NCBI GenBank assembly: GCA_030141605.1 | Contig: JAQGDQ010000630.1 | Location: 1-64,000 of the forward strand | Direction of reading: 5' to 3' | Length of the DNA stretch: 64,000 nucleotides | Source: Tubiluchus corallicola | Taxonomy: Eukaryota > Animalia > Priapulida | Part shown: positions 42,858 to 55,119 of the stretch, one piece after another | How positions within the stretch are numbered: the stretch's first letter is position 1 | Layout: every line of letters starts with the position of its first letter | Program-made: the position numbers and the translations under genes | The notes under the pieces: model-generated | Databases searched by the model: none | Told to the model about the DNA's origin: nothing | Seen by the model: the letters and a program-made list of their open reading frames with translations, nothing else

Positions 42858-43390
42858 GTCTACAGCCATATCACGTTGAAAATGCTGGTTCTCATCTGAT
42901 CACCGAAGTTAAGCAACGGAGAGTCTGGTTAGTACTTGGATGGGTGACTGCCTAGGAATACCAGGTGCTGTAAGGTTGCGGGATGCCCACACTGTATCTT
43001 GACACTAGGCGAAGGAGCTGCACAAACAGCCAACAGCTAGCGGTCAAGTGACCCAGCGGCCATGTGTAGAGGAGTAAACCTTCCAAATCAGGAGTGGAGC
43101 CCCGAAGGCGGACCAGTCCAGCATGCTCATTGACTCCGGCAGCTCCTGCAGCCAACCTGGTGCCAAACGTATCGCCCCGCTTTCCTTTGGACTACACCAG
43201 GGAGGAAGAGAGGGGATCCTGTTGTCTGGGCAACTCAGGATCTCCACACACCTTTCCCAGGCGCCCTAGAGACTCCAGTGGTTCAAGGATCAGATTGCTC
43301 AGCCACAGTCGACAGCTCCATCAATGTGATCAATAACTGACTCTCTTGGCACACACTCCATTGTCTTCTGAGACAGAAGGATGCCAACAA
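42858..43390 (+). mobile_element. 5S rRNA-derived SINE (SINE3) with RTE-like body and tail, copy 1
   Basis: 42858-42977 is a full-length, mismatched 5S sequence without an oligo-T terminator; about 410 bp of body ends in TCCATTGTCTTCTGAGACAGAAGGATGCCAACAA; imperfect TSD TATACA(T/C)A. Confidence 0.8.
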
Positions 43391-44813
43391 TATACACAGT
43401 AAGGTTTAAAATTAATGCCAGCATATCATTTCACTTTTAAGCAGTGTGTAGTTGATGAGCCTAATTGTAATGCTAGGTTATTAGGCTTATGTATGAGTAT
43501 AGCTGCCATTTTATGTGTGGGCTTGGCTGTCAATGAGGCTGCAAAAGGTTGTTAAAATGCTTTAGAACAACAGCTGCTCATAGTCACTCGATTTTTTGAG
43601 ATTTCAAACAAGTTTCTACCACCACACATTTGCCATTGTTGTCATTATTATGAAAGTTTACCCTTAACTAGTGTAGATACTTGTTCATGCCAATGCCAGT
43701 CTCTGTGTGCCTCATGAGTTTTATAGATTCTGTGTAAAGTATTAAGATGTTACTGGAATTTGCATTATGCATTGCTGATTTTTTTCTGATATAATTGACG
43801 TTGTACTGTGAAAAATGTACATAGTGTATCATACCTGATCAATAATTTTTAAAAAACTATGTATTTAAGTATTAGTAATACACTATAATTAAGCAACTTA
43901 TTAATAATTATGCAGTACATGTCTGTCTCACGCTGGGTGCTACTTCTTAGTATAATTATCTAATGTATAACTAATAAGCCAGTGCATATGGTATAAATTA
44001 TTTAATGTTTTATAATAAGTTATTAATAGATTTTTCAGCTGTAAGCATTTTTTTGTGTGTATATTATTTTTTTATTTCATTTTCGAACCGATTTGTGAGC
44101 ATCATGTTGTACAGTAGAATTGATTAATGATCAGCATTCTTATTATTGTTTGACAGGAAAGAGAAGTAATAAATATGACTCATTTTCTGTCTCATTGTCT
44201 TGTTGGTGTTTTATGTTGATGTACCTGGATTTCTATCTAGTAGAAATAACGAAATACACTACACCATTATGCGTGTTGCCGAACTACTTTATTTACAATG
44301 CGTTCTGATGCATTAATACATAACATCTCCTTTCTTTTGAACAAAAAAACAAAAGTAAACAATAACATGGCATTGTTAACAACAATAGTAAGCAACCTAG
44401 TAATAATAATTACTAGTAATAGTAATGTAGTTTCTGCACACAAATTTCAACTTTTTTTGACTATTGGAACCTTTACAAAAGTCAAATTGAACGTTGAACT
44501 TTAAATTACAAAATGACTTTCATTACAGTTAAAAATGAATTAAGTTCTAGAAACCAAAAGTAATAGAAACTTTTTTGCGCTTAGCACAAAGCATTTTAAG
44601 TTAACTAATTATAATGCAGGGAAGTAAACTTTTTATTTTTACAACTACTTAACATAGTCAATAAGAGTACTAGGAGGCTTTGAGAGTCTTCCAGACCTGG
44701 TAAATGTTTTATGTTGATCTACCGGGATTTCTAACTAGTAGAAATAACGATATACACTACACCATTATGCCTATTGCCGAACTACTTTATTTACAATGCG
44801 TTCTGACGCATTA

Positions 44814-45708
44814 TAGTAATATATAGTATAGTAATTTTATTTTCCTCCATATACAATAATTTGACAATAAAATACACAAAAATACAAACAAACATAGGAG
44901 AAAGGGTGGCGAAAAACCAAAGGTTATCGAGTCAACCACCCTTCTCAAAGGACAGTAAACAAAAGGACGCTAAGGACAGTAGACACAGCTATATTAAAAA
45001 ATACATAAACGTGCAGAAATACAAAAAACAAAAATACAACAGCAAAAGACAAAAATCAAAAACCATGTCAAATTTACGAACTACTAAGCAAAATACCTTA
45101 CAATTGTTTCTGATAAATACATCTAATAAATACACAAACGTACAGGAATACAAAAACAAAAATACAACAGCGAAAAAGTGAGTTTGCACCTCATAAAAAT
45201 GTTTTTAAGCAAAAGTTACCATAAGAATGTACATCTAACAGACAAAAAAACTGATTTATTTGTAAGCTTCAAGAAGTGCCTTAGCGTACTGTTTTTTTAG
45301 CGAATGCAGAGGTAAAGAAGTTATATGAGCAGGTAGAGAGTTCCATAATACTGATCCCTGATATTTTAACGACGTTTGACCCTTAGATGTATTAAATCGT
45401 TCGATAAAGAAAGAACTGTTAGTAGAAAACCTAGTGTTGTAACTGTGAATATCGGATGCTGGCGTATAGTAATTTAGAAACAATTCTGGTAGTAAGTTAT
45501 TCTTAAATTTGTATACAAATTTTGCAAGCTCGGATTTGTAGATATCATTCAGTTTTAAGAGGCCCAATTTAATGTAGGATGGCGTTGCATGTTCCCGTCT
45601 ACCAGAAAATGTCATCAGCTTAACTATAATGTTTTGATGAGTTTGTATCGGTTTTAAAGTATTTGAAGATGCAGTGCCCCAGGAAAGAATCCCATAGTGA
45701 AGATAAGA
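44814..45708 (-). mobile_element. 5'-truncated CR1/L2-group LINE (ORF2 C-terminus plus 3' UTR)
   Basis: ORF YSYLHYGILSWG...HSYNTR...YQGSVLWNSLP (45256-45714), a 3' UTR stem-loop and AATAAA; absent from the matching site in duplication copy 1. Confidence 0.9.
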
Positions 45709-47221
45709 ATACATAGCAGTTGAAATCGGTCTTTCTTCAGAGCGTGTTATTTCAACCGAGTTTAGTTCAGTAACTTTTTAGCACTCGCGATGAACAAGGC
45801 AGAAGAGAACAGAACAGGCAAGACCGGATAGGATGTGACAGAACTGGTAGGATAAGAAAGAACTGAGACAGGTCGTGGCGGGGCTGAACAAAACACGGAA
45901 AGGGAGGAAGAGAACCGTACCAGATAATCAAGACCAGGAGGGTCACTCAGGACTGCACGACACTTGGCAGGAGAGGACAGGACAGAATTAGATTGGATCT
46001 GCCTTTTTCTGCATTGGTTGTGCCTGTCCAGACCTATAATACGTGTTCTGTACATTCCTGCCTATCCCATCTTGCTATTTCCTGCCCTGTCCTGTTCCAG
46101 CTGTCATCTTTTGGTCTTACCCTGCCTGAAAACTATTAAACTAAACCTGCTTGGCAGATCAGGAGAGGACAGGACAAAACAGGAAAGGGAAGAAAAAACC
46201 GATTCTTACCCAGATTCTTTTCATAACTAGGTTTGACTAAATAATTGGCATACGTGGCTTAAAACATGTCACTTTCTGCAAAGCTCCATCTCTGCATGTG
46301 CAACGTTCATGCATATAACAACTCTGTGAAAGACTACTTCATGATGCCCAAAGTCAAAAAATTCATGTTTGAGTAGCTTTATTACGCTTTATATCATGGC
46401 TCTACTACTCTTGACAAATAAATGGTTTAACTGAGACAAATAACAACAACTTTCTTAGGCAAGAACAGACTGCCAACTCGCCAGGTAAACTAGCTCTGTC
46501 AGTAGAGCATGACAGAGAGAAGCCAAGTCAAGACATACATACGAATGCAGTTAAAGGACAGTATAGGGGGGTTTACAGAATGAGAGAACACTGAAGTAAT
46601 AAAATAACCTGAAATCCTTCACAACTACACATAAGCTTTACTGCTGTTCCTAAACTAGAATAATATTCAGAAAATAAAGTTACAAATGTTAGTTGTTAAA
46701 CTCAGTATGTATTTGGCTGATTAACACCGGAAATGAGCTTCTTGGTTCGTGTTTTCAGTTCATGTGCAGCCACCTATGAATGATCTGAGGAACTTGTGCT
46801 AACGAAAGAATAAACATTAAAGTCCTACTGGGTTTATCTTCACAAAACCAATGTGTCTTTGGAATTTTGGTTCTGCCGTCTACCGCCAGACAGAACAATG
46901 GCGTAAAATTAATCAACAACTGTTTTAGGGTGTTATTATTGTAATATATGGAAGCTCAATTTAGCTTCGTGAAACCTAAAATTTCTCACGTTTTATTAAG
47001 TCAAATCAACAGCAGAACCTGGGCCCACTTTCACAAACAAAGATGTCTTTAGCTTGCAGCTGTCTGAAAACTACCCATCAGATAAAATTTGCAGAACTCG
47101 ATGCTACCAAAAAGGCAGAAGTCCCAGTGGAGTGCAAATCTTTTTTCAGATTTTCTAATTTAGTGTTTTTTACTAAATTATACGGTTGTTATATGGAGCA
47201 TTTATATGGTTGTTATACATA

Positions 47222-47754
47222 GTCTACAGCCATATCACGTTGAAAATGCTGGTTCTCATCTGATCACCGAAGTTAAGCAACGGAGAGTCTGGTTAGTACT
47301 TGGATGGGTGACTGCCTAGGAATACCAGGTGCTGTAAGCTTGCGGGATGCCCACACTGTATCTTGACACTAGGCGAAGGAGCTGCACAAACAGCCAACAG
47401 CTAGAGGTCAAGTGACCCAGCGGCCATGTGTAGAGGAGTAAACCTTCCAAATCAGGAGTGGAGCCCCGAAGGCGGACCAGTCCAGCATGCTCATTGACTC
47501 CGGCAGCTCCTGCAGCCAACCTGGTGCCAAACGTATCGCCCCGCTTTCCTTTGGACTACACCAGGGAGGAAGAGAGGGGATCCTGTTGTCTGGGCAACTC
47601 AGGATCTCCACACACCTTTCCCAGGCGCCCTAGAGACTCCAGTGGTTCAAGGATCAGATTGCTCAGCCACAGTCGACAGCTCCATCAATGTGATCAATAA
47701 CTGACTCTCTTGGCACACACTCCATTGTCTTCTGAGACAGAAGGATGCCAACAA
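47222..47754 (+). mobile_element. 5S rRNA-derived SINE, copy 2 (product of the tandem duplication)
   Basis: Near-identical to 42858-43390 including flanks. Confidence 0.8.
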
Positions 47755-49162
47755 TATACACAGTAAGGTTTAAAATTAATGCCAGCATATCATTTCACTT
47801 TTAAGCAGTGTGTAGTTGATGAGCCTAATTGTAATGCTAGGTTATTAGGCTTATGTATGAGTATAGCTGCCATTTTATGTGTGGGCTTGGCTGTCAATGA
47901 GGCTACAAAAGGTTGTTAAAATGCCATAAGCACTTGGCAGTTTTCTTTTTTGACATAAGTGAAAAATCTAGCGAATTTTTAGTACACCCAACTTTTTTTT
48001 GGTCTTGAGAGGAACAGCTAAATGGGTAACTGCGAAAGCTTGAAAGCCAAAGTTAAGCTATGCTCATTCTAGTTGTTAAATGGATAGGTGACCACTTGGT
48101 GCTTTTGGGGGATTCCATCTATCATACTGATCTAGAAATTTTTCTGAGGGAAGATCTATATGCACAAGGCGTCAGTTAAGCATCTTATATAAAAGGGTTA
48201 TGCCTCCCCATTCCAGTCTTGAAACAACCATGTAAGTTAGCCAGCCACTGAGTAGTGGGTCCCAGCATGAAGAGTGCCAAACTGCATGAAGCTAATTGCT
48301 GCCTCTTCCATGGCAGTTATTCAGCTGCTTAACAGACTCCCTATGACGTCATGCAGGACACAAAATCTACAGGATATCGGGAAATGATAAAAGTAATCAC
48401 AAGCAGACACAGACGTATTCTTAACGTTTTAATTATCATAATATTTCGTATAAATTTCAGCATGTTTCGTAAAAATTCTTTCCACTTCTTTTTGTCAGAA
48501 ATAAAAAATCGACGAAGTTCCTGAAGAAACAAGTCGGAACACAATTCCCATTCGGAATTATCCCTTTCTATTTACGGGCTCTCAGAGTTGCCAACAATGC
48601 TAGCACTACATATTAAGATGTGTTCCTTGCTCAAAACCAAATGCTTGAATCTCGTGGTTTTTTCTGTTTATACATTTTTTTGGTTTCTTCTGTACCGGTG
48701 GCAACAATCATTTCCTGACACAAATTTCTATGTTAATTAGATTTCGTTTTTTTTTTGTTCTCTTCGGTTTTTTTTTGTTCTTTTTTCTCATTATTTGGAC
48801 GCAGTTTTACTTCTGGTTCTTGCCATTTATTACGCACGCTGTCATATAATCATTATTATTAATATCTATTTTTTCCCAGTGTTTCTTGATATTGTATTTG
48901 TATTTACACTTCAAATAAATTTATTATTATTATTATTATTATTAAAAATTAAGTAAAATAATCAGAATGGTTAACAAAAACTAACTTTTGATTCAGATAC
49001 AAATTAACTTGTCACTTTCTTGGGTGCTGTCTTTTTAACCACAAGACCCAGTTTATGCATGGAAACTAAAAAGCTACTACTCAACAGCCAATTCTAGTAT
49101 TTTATGTTGTTTTTTCTATAAAACCCCGATGTTCAATCTGTCACAGGTGCGGTTTCTAATTC

Positions 49163-49257
49163 TTTGTGGTGGGCTAGCAGCGTAAGAGTTTTTCTTAACT
49201 GTTTGTGGTGGGCTAGCAGCATAAGAGTTTTTCTTAACTGTTTGTGGTGGGCTAGCA
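49163..49257. repeat. 39-bp tandem repeat, about 2.5 copies
   Basis: TTTGTGGTGGGCTAGCA occurs three times. Confidence 0.85.
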
Positions 49258-49846
49258 CTGTAAAAAAATTACTACTTGCTTAATGTCTATACAAAAATAT
49301 GCACATGCAAATGACTGTTTACATTCAAAGCTATTTATTAACACCTCGACACACATATTAGCAGCTAAGTATAAGTTTCGCCAGGCTACTGCATAGTGAG
49401 TTGATTGATTACTGATGAACTATTAATTAATAACGCTTAATTAACAGTTACGTATTAATGATTAGCTAATGTTACATATCCCACGCATGTAACCACATCC
49501 AAATTATTAAAATTACAAAAACCGCGAGAAATTTATAATCATAGCAAAGTTCACATAATTTGATAAATTTAGAAGCTGCTACAAATATTATTACACTCAT
49601 TCCTACGTCACGTCATACATCATACCTATAACTACTATTTCTATTACTGTTATAAGTTAATACAGTGGTAGGTATCTACCGTTACAACACAGTTACACCC
49701 TTAGATGAAAAAGCACCTACGAACCCTTTTTTTGACAGATAGATGATACAAAATTTAAATAATTCTCTTCACAAATTTAAAAAAATAATATCACAGATGC
49801 GTGGCATAAAAACAATTTAAAAAAACAAGAGTAAACTTTAACATTT

Positions 49847-50146
49847 TGTTGTGGACATCTGGAATATTCTATAGTATTGTAGAACAATCTTCTTACCTTG
49901 TAGAAGATTCTAGAACTTTCTACTTCTAGATTATTCCCTGGCACTGATATATAAGGCGGAGCTGCCCACTAAAGTTTACTCTCTCACATTCTCTTGTGTT
50001 CTCAGATTCTCAGATACGCTTTCACGTTTCCAGATTATCACATTTACTGTATACATTTCGCGTTCCTTCATACTTTTGTGTTGTAGAATTCTCGCATAAT
50101 AATCTGGTTTTCTCTACGAGCCTTCCAAGAGAAACAAAACACAACA
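49847..50146 (+). mobile_element. Solo LTR, 300 bp
   Basis: TGTTGTG...CACAACA termini, 5-bp flanks CATTT/TATTT, internal TATATAAG at 49948. Confidence 0.75.
49902..49955 (+). promoter_or_regulatory. Heat-shock element plus TATA box inside the solo LTR
   Basis: aGAAg aTTCt aGAAc tTTCt (49902-49921) is four alternating nGAAn pentamers; TATATAAG follows at 49948-49955. Confidence 0.6.
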
Positions 50147-50400
50147 TATTTATACATATGTATTAGGCACGGTCGGTATAAGTAAAAACTAACAAAATGC
50201 ATTTATCATTTAGATAACTCATCGCATACAGCACAGTAACCCCTGTGCAATAAACCCAAAACTGCTTTAACCATATATGCTTCTAAAATATAACATTGTT
50301 GACTGTTGCTTCTTTCTGAATCAATTTCCCACCTTACTGTAAATTTTAAACAAACGGCCGATGCGATTTCATTAAAGTGAATGCTCATATTCCTATAGCC

Positions 50401-51232
50401 CAGGGGTGTGCAAATTATCCGACTAGCCGGGCCACATTAAACTTTCCCCCAATTCCTGCGGGTCACAGGCAGTTTGATCAAGGAGCCAAGTACAGAAAGG
50501 CCCAATAACGTTTTTTTTTGCATCCGACCTGCGTACATCATTACTACTACACTCAAGAAACTATTTTAGAAGTTATTAAAATTTATATTAAAAACCATAT
50601 ATTTCTACTTTCAGGACAGATAGTGGTAATTTCATTACAATGCATATTAGTAGTGTGTATCACAAAGTCTGTGTTGTACAGTGACATTAAGCTACAACCG
50701 TCTTGTAAGGGTTAATGGCATCCGATCTAGTAGAAAAAACTACCCGCACTCTCTTTGGGATCGTGGCACGGACTTCAGCTGGATACACTCAATTTGCACA
50801 CCCCTGATCTAACGCATCAGACACAATGAACGACAACGATCATATACAATAGACATAGTTACAAATTATAATCCAACACTGCATACATACATAATAAAAG
50901 ATAACGAACATATTTAAATACATAGTAACAAAATCTAACAAAATATTGAAGTTAAATGTAATATTTTCCACATACAACCAGTCAACTCAACGTACAATAA
51001 AAAACACAGTTTCAAATTCATAACGAAGCGAGACAATACGTAAGTACGAAGCATCATGTGTGATGTAATAATAACTTCCACTTTAATCTCAAATAACAGC
51101 TTTACAGAAAAATTGACCATGGTTTAAAGAAAAGCAGAGAACGCTTAAAAGCTTCTACGAATAAAATAATGTCTGGTACACACTTACTCCAATCGAGGTT
51201 TTTCGGCACTGGCCACAATTTGCACACCCGTG
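50401..51232. mobile_element. hAT MITE family A, copy 4, composite with two right ends
   Basis: Left TIR at 50401; right TIRs end at 50806 and 51232; TSD CTATAGCC/CTATAGTC matches only the outer right end. Confidence 0.85.
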
Positions 51233-51257
51233 CTATAGTCCCACGTTCAATAATTCA

Positions 51258-52943
51258 CTAAAACAGCAAGTCTCTTACATGTCGAATACCATCGGCTGAA
51301 TTGCGATCAAAACTATCACCAATGCACAGCGGATTACCTCTTAGATCAAGCTTTTCTAGTTTTATGCAGTTAGTCAATGGCTTCAGGGCTTTTACGCTTT
51401 TTACACGATTTCCCCTAATAGACAGCTCCTCCAACACCACCAGGGTTTCCAATCCATCGAGACACTCAATTTCGTTATTATCGAGTTTTAGTACTTTAGC
51501 GCACAACAGATGGCAGCACTGCTTAAGACCGACCAGCTTGTTACAAGAAAGGTCTATAACCGTAGCAGTCGCAAAATATTCCATGTAGTACAACGACGTT
51601 AAGGATTTACCGGAAAAACTGCACGTCCCTCCTAGATGGCGCTGTCGTATCAGCGCATTTTCCACGACGTATTTGCTCGCCAGGTCATCGTAATAGTTAC
51701 GTCGGCAAGGGTCGACGGTTTTCAGTTCCTCCAAGTATCCCAGCATTTCTCTCTCCGAATAAACAGGTTTTATAGCTCTCAGTAATGAGACGATGGTCAG
51801 CATCACCCACTTATTGTCCGGTTCTAGATCCTCGAGTTGCTTGCACATCTCCAGCTCGTTCGTGAGCGTTTCCGTCTTCGCCAGCGTCATCTCCGACCCG
51901 CAGAAACTGTTGGTCTCGGCATCCGTCGAGTGGCTATCATCGGCGCCGAGCGCACAGGCTTTCCCCGACGAGCTTTCCGCGCTTACCAAACTTACGGTAA
52001 CGACAACTGAGCCCGTAGTTGAGAAGACCGAACTCGGCAAACCCGTCAGCCATAGCGCACCGTACGGATCACGCGGATCGGAATTGATCCACTTACAATT
52101 CGACACCTCAACATCATTCGCTCGGACGGAGAGTTGGACTCCGTCACATCCGACTTTAACTTTTTTATTAAAACGAACGATGACTTTACACGCAGCCCGG
52201 GACACGTACAAATAATCAATAGCTAGACTACGATCACCTTTTCCTAGTAGCCAACGATGGTAAAACCAAGCACTTTGGTCGTTGGGGTCGGTAAAGAAAG
52301 CGTTCTGTACTAGTTCAAATTCTTTGAGTAAAACGTCTTCCGCAACCCGTCCATCCCCCTCTTTATCGGGATACAATTTGGCCAGCAGTTTACTTCTGTA
52401 ATACCACGACGAATAGTTTGAGAAGTTGGAATTTATTTTGGAGCTAGTAAACTCCAATTCATCCTCGGTGGGAACTCCGGACATTTTCACTACGAACCTA
52501 CGATGATCCCAGCAGTGAAAGTTTCGTTCGTCGTACTCCAGGAACTTGTTGCACAGGAGCAGCTCGTGCTTCCAGTCGGGATTCGGCATGTTGCCTAGCA
52601 ACCAGGATCGATTGTGCCACACTCCATACGACTTAGGATTCACTCGGAGACAAGATTCGAGAAACTCGAGTTCCTCTCTCCACAAAGCTTCCACTCTTTC
52701 TGGCGCATTCTCCTTAATGTCGGTAAATATTTCTCGACGATAGTTCCACATTGTGTAAATGTCTGGATTAGCAGACAGTAATTGGCCCGTGATCTGTAAT
52801 GCCTCGGCATCGTACTCTTTCTTATCTCTTTTTTCAAATGCTCTGCTGATGGCAGCTTGGTATTTTTTCACCTTGAGCGCTCTCTCTTTTCTCTTGGCTT
52901 CCTGCTGTTCGGCGCTTGTTCGTACTTTCAAGCGTCCATGCAT
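51258..52943 (-). CDS. RABGGTA: Rab geranylgeranyltransferase (GGTase II) alpha subunit, 561 aa, single coding exon
   Basis: Starts MHGRLKVRTSAEQ (ATG at 52943, not the TTG at 52955); prenyltransferase repeats NPKSYGVWH, DERNFHCWDHRR, NFSNYSSW, FTDPNDQSAWFYHRWL; Ig-like insert and C-terminal LRRs. Confidence 0.97.
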   Translation of the reverse strand: MHGRLKVRTSAEQQEAKRKERALKVKKYQAAISRAFEKRDKKEYDAEALQITGQLLSANPDIYTMWNYRREIFTDIKENAPERVEALWREELEFLESCLRVNPKSYGVWHNRSWLLGNMPNPDWKHELLLCNKFLEYDERNFHCWDHRRFVVKMSGVPTEDELEFTSSKINSNFSNYSSWYYRSKLLAKLYPDKEGDGRVAEDVLLKEFELVQNAFFTDPNDQSAWFYHRWLLGKGDRSLAIDYLYVSRAACKVIVRFNKKVKVGCDGVQLSVRANDVEVSNCKWINSDPRDPYGALWLTGLPSSVFSTTGSVVVTVSLVSAESSSGKACALGADDSHSTDAETNSFCGSEMTLAKTETLTNELEMCKQLEDLEPDNKWVMLTIVSLLRAIKPVYSEREMLGYLEELKTVDPCRRNYYDDLASKYVVENALIRQRHLGGTCSFSGKSLTSLYYMEYFATATVIDLSCNKLVGLKQCCHLLCAKVLKLDNNEIECLDGLETLVVLEELSIRGNRVKSVKALKPLTNCIKLEKLDLRGNPLCIGDSFDRNSADGIRHVRDLLF

Positions 52944-54885
52944 TATGCTCGCCAAAAGCTCACTGTCCGGTCAATCTAGTCCTCAATGTGTGATTATACA
53001 ATAAACAATACTCATCAGACTGCACAGCAACTGTCCTGTGCTTAGCATACTGCATACTAAGACAGAGTCACAAAGTCGCAGTCGACTTTAGTTTAATTTA
53101 ATGTCTACGACTCCTTTGTAGCAAGGTGACCATTCAAGAAAAGGAATATGACCATCCATATTAAGCTAAAACAAAAAAGGCCATAATAATAAGCAAAATT
53201 CATATTTCCAATTTCACAATACAGTCAGTTGCTTAGCAAGAAATTGAAGTAAGTTTAGGTAACATTGCATAAAGTTGAAAAAAGAATCAGAGCATTCGTA
53301 ACACTCACTCCACCAACTGCATAAATTACTTTGTTTTGCCGATAAGACCAATAATGCGTTTTCGATGAGTCAGTTTCACAGTGTGAACGAAACGGTGGTT
53401 TACCAGTTGGCACAAACATTTAAAATTAAAAAGATTTTTCTGTTAAAGTTACATAATTTAAACAGGTAAGCATAATGATGAGTAATACAATATTGCATGG
53501 AAAGTTTTCGACATGCTTTGAAATACCCTTTTCTTCCTCTTCAATAATTAAGAGTACTAAGTAAGGACTATAGGTTTCTGTAGTTTCTTTTCGTTTCTCC
53601 TTCTCTGCTACCTTAATCTTTTGCCAGCTTTTGTTTTTGTTACTGCTCAAATATTTTCTTCCTACATCACTCTGTTTTCAGTTTGGGATGTCACCGATTT
53701 TCATTAAATTGATATTTTATTCGTTTGGTATTTTGCTTTTAATAATTATTAAGGTCTGGAGTGACAACAGCCCCAAACGCCGACATATATGTACTAGCAC
53801 TGCAAACAACTGCACTAGCTGACCTGCCCAAAGAAGTGATAATGTGCAGATAATACGTAGCTGTTATCATTAATAATTATTACGCTAAAACGTTTGTCTC
53901 TGAAGCCAGTAAGTTAAAACTGAAAGTGGATGACCATGCTCGCACACCCAGGAGATGAAAATTGCAGGGTGCCGTACAGCGTGGGCCCAATGTAAGCACA
54001 TTGATCAAATCCGGAAGACTGCAATAAATCATCTCTGATATCAAAGCATAACCTCTAATTACAAAGTTGTAAGTTCCAATAACAGATATTTCAATTTCTT
54101 TTAAATTTCGTTCAGGCCTAGACTGGTAAATTTAGTCTTAGACAGAACCAAATCAATTTCTCAACGACTGTATGGAAATAAGATAATGGCAATAGGTCTA
54201 GGAATGACTCGCTTCGCGAGTCCACATTACTAATATTTGAATGAGCGTTAGATTAGCATGAAAAAAGATGATTTTAAACAAACTACACAATATAACGAGT
54301 TTACCTTCAACACAACTAATCAAATTTCCAGTATAATATAATAAAGCAAATGAATGAAAATTTATTCTTATATCTTTCACGTTCACACCTTGCTGAGATC
54401 TGCATGCCAAAAAAATCGCGTAATACTGGCGCACCACCTAACGTATTTATTTTAATTCAGTTAGTTTTCTTTCGAATACAATAGATTAAGTATAGTTATT
54501 ATCTTCAACCGTGCAGCAGGGACTTGGTAACAGAATACCAATGAAATGCGACTTAAGTAATTGAAATGTTGACAGTTGTTGGTACTAAGCTAGGGGCATA
54601 GCAAGTTTACCAAAAGTCATGCTCTGTGAGTCAAACTTACATGGACACCCTGGATACACATGATTCTTTTCACCTTAATTGGCGACCAAAGTGACATCAA
54701 TAAAAAGTGTTGGTTTGCAAGTTCAAAAACACGTATTTTTGTTCCCTGTGTACACATAAATTTCTTCTTTTTCGCCAATTAACAATTACGCTTTTACCTG
54801 CGAAAGCTCTGTGACATACAATTCAACTTTACTATATTTATCTATGTGTGTAATACTAATACCTTGCACATATAATACCCATTTA

Positions 54886-55119
54886 TTAATGTATATTCAA
54901 ATCTTCTTTATACAAATGTTTTAAATTCGCTTTTAGATAAATCATGTTTAACCTTATGGTCATGATTTCTTTGACCTCGTCTAAACGACATTTTAACACA
55001 TATTTTTGCATTTGAAAACTGCTGTTTTTTAGAAATATTAATTTTTTCATGTTCTCTGTTTTAATTTTAAGTTCAGTTTTGATAAACAAATTAATTTCAC
55101 TTTTTATGTACTTCTCCAT
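54886..55119 (-). mobile_element. Possible degraded LINE ORF2 C-terminal remnant
   Basis: IRLNMIYLKANLKHLYKEDL resembles the recalled segment before the C-terminal zinc finger of invertebrate LINEs; weak support. Confidence 0.35.

Larger units (their letters stand above)
39948..47924. repeat. Head-to-tail tandem duplication: copy 1 39948-43558, copy 2 43559-47924
   Basis: Near-identical sequence restarts at GCTTTAGAACAACAGCTG; 2-nt GC microhomology at the junction; copies differ by indels and a LINE fragment. Confidence 0.95.

Noticed and set aside
42858-42977. Functional 5S rRNA gene (also 47222-47341)
   Set aside because: Many mismatches to the recalled 5S consensus, no oligo-T terminator, and continuity with a retroelement-like body flanked by a TSD.
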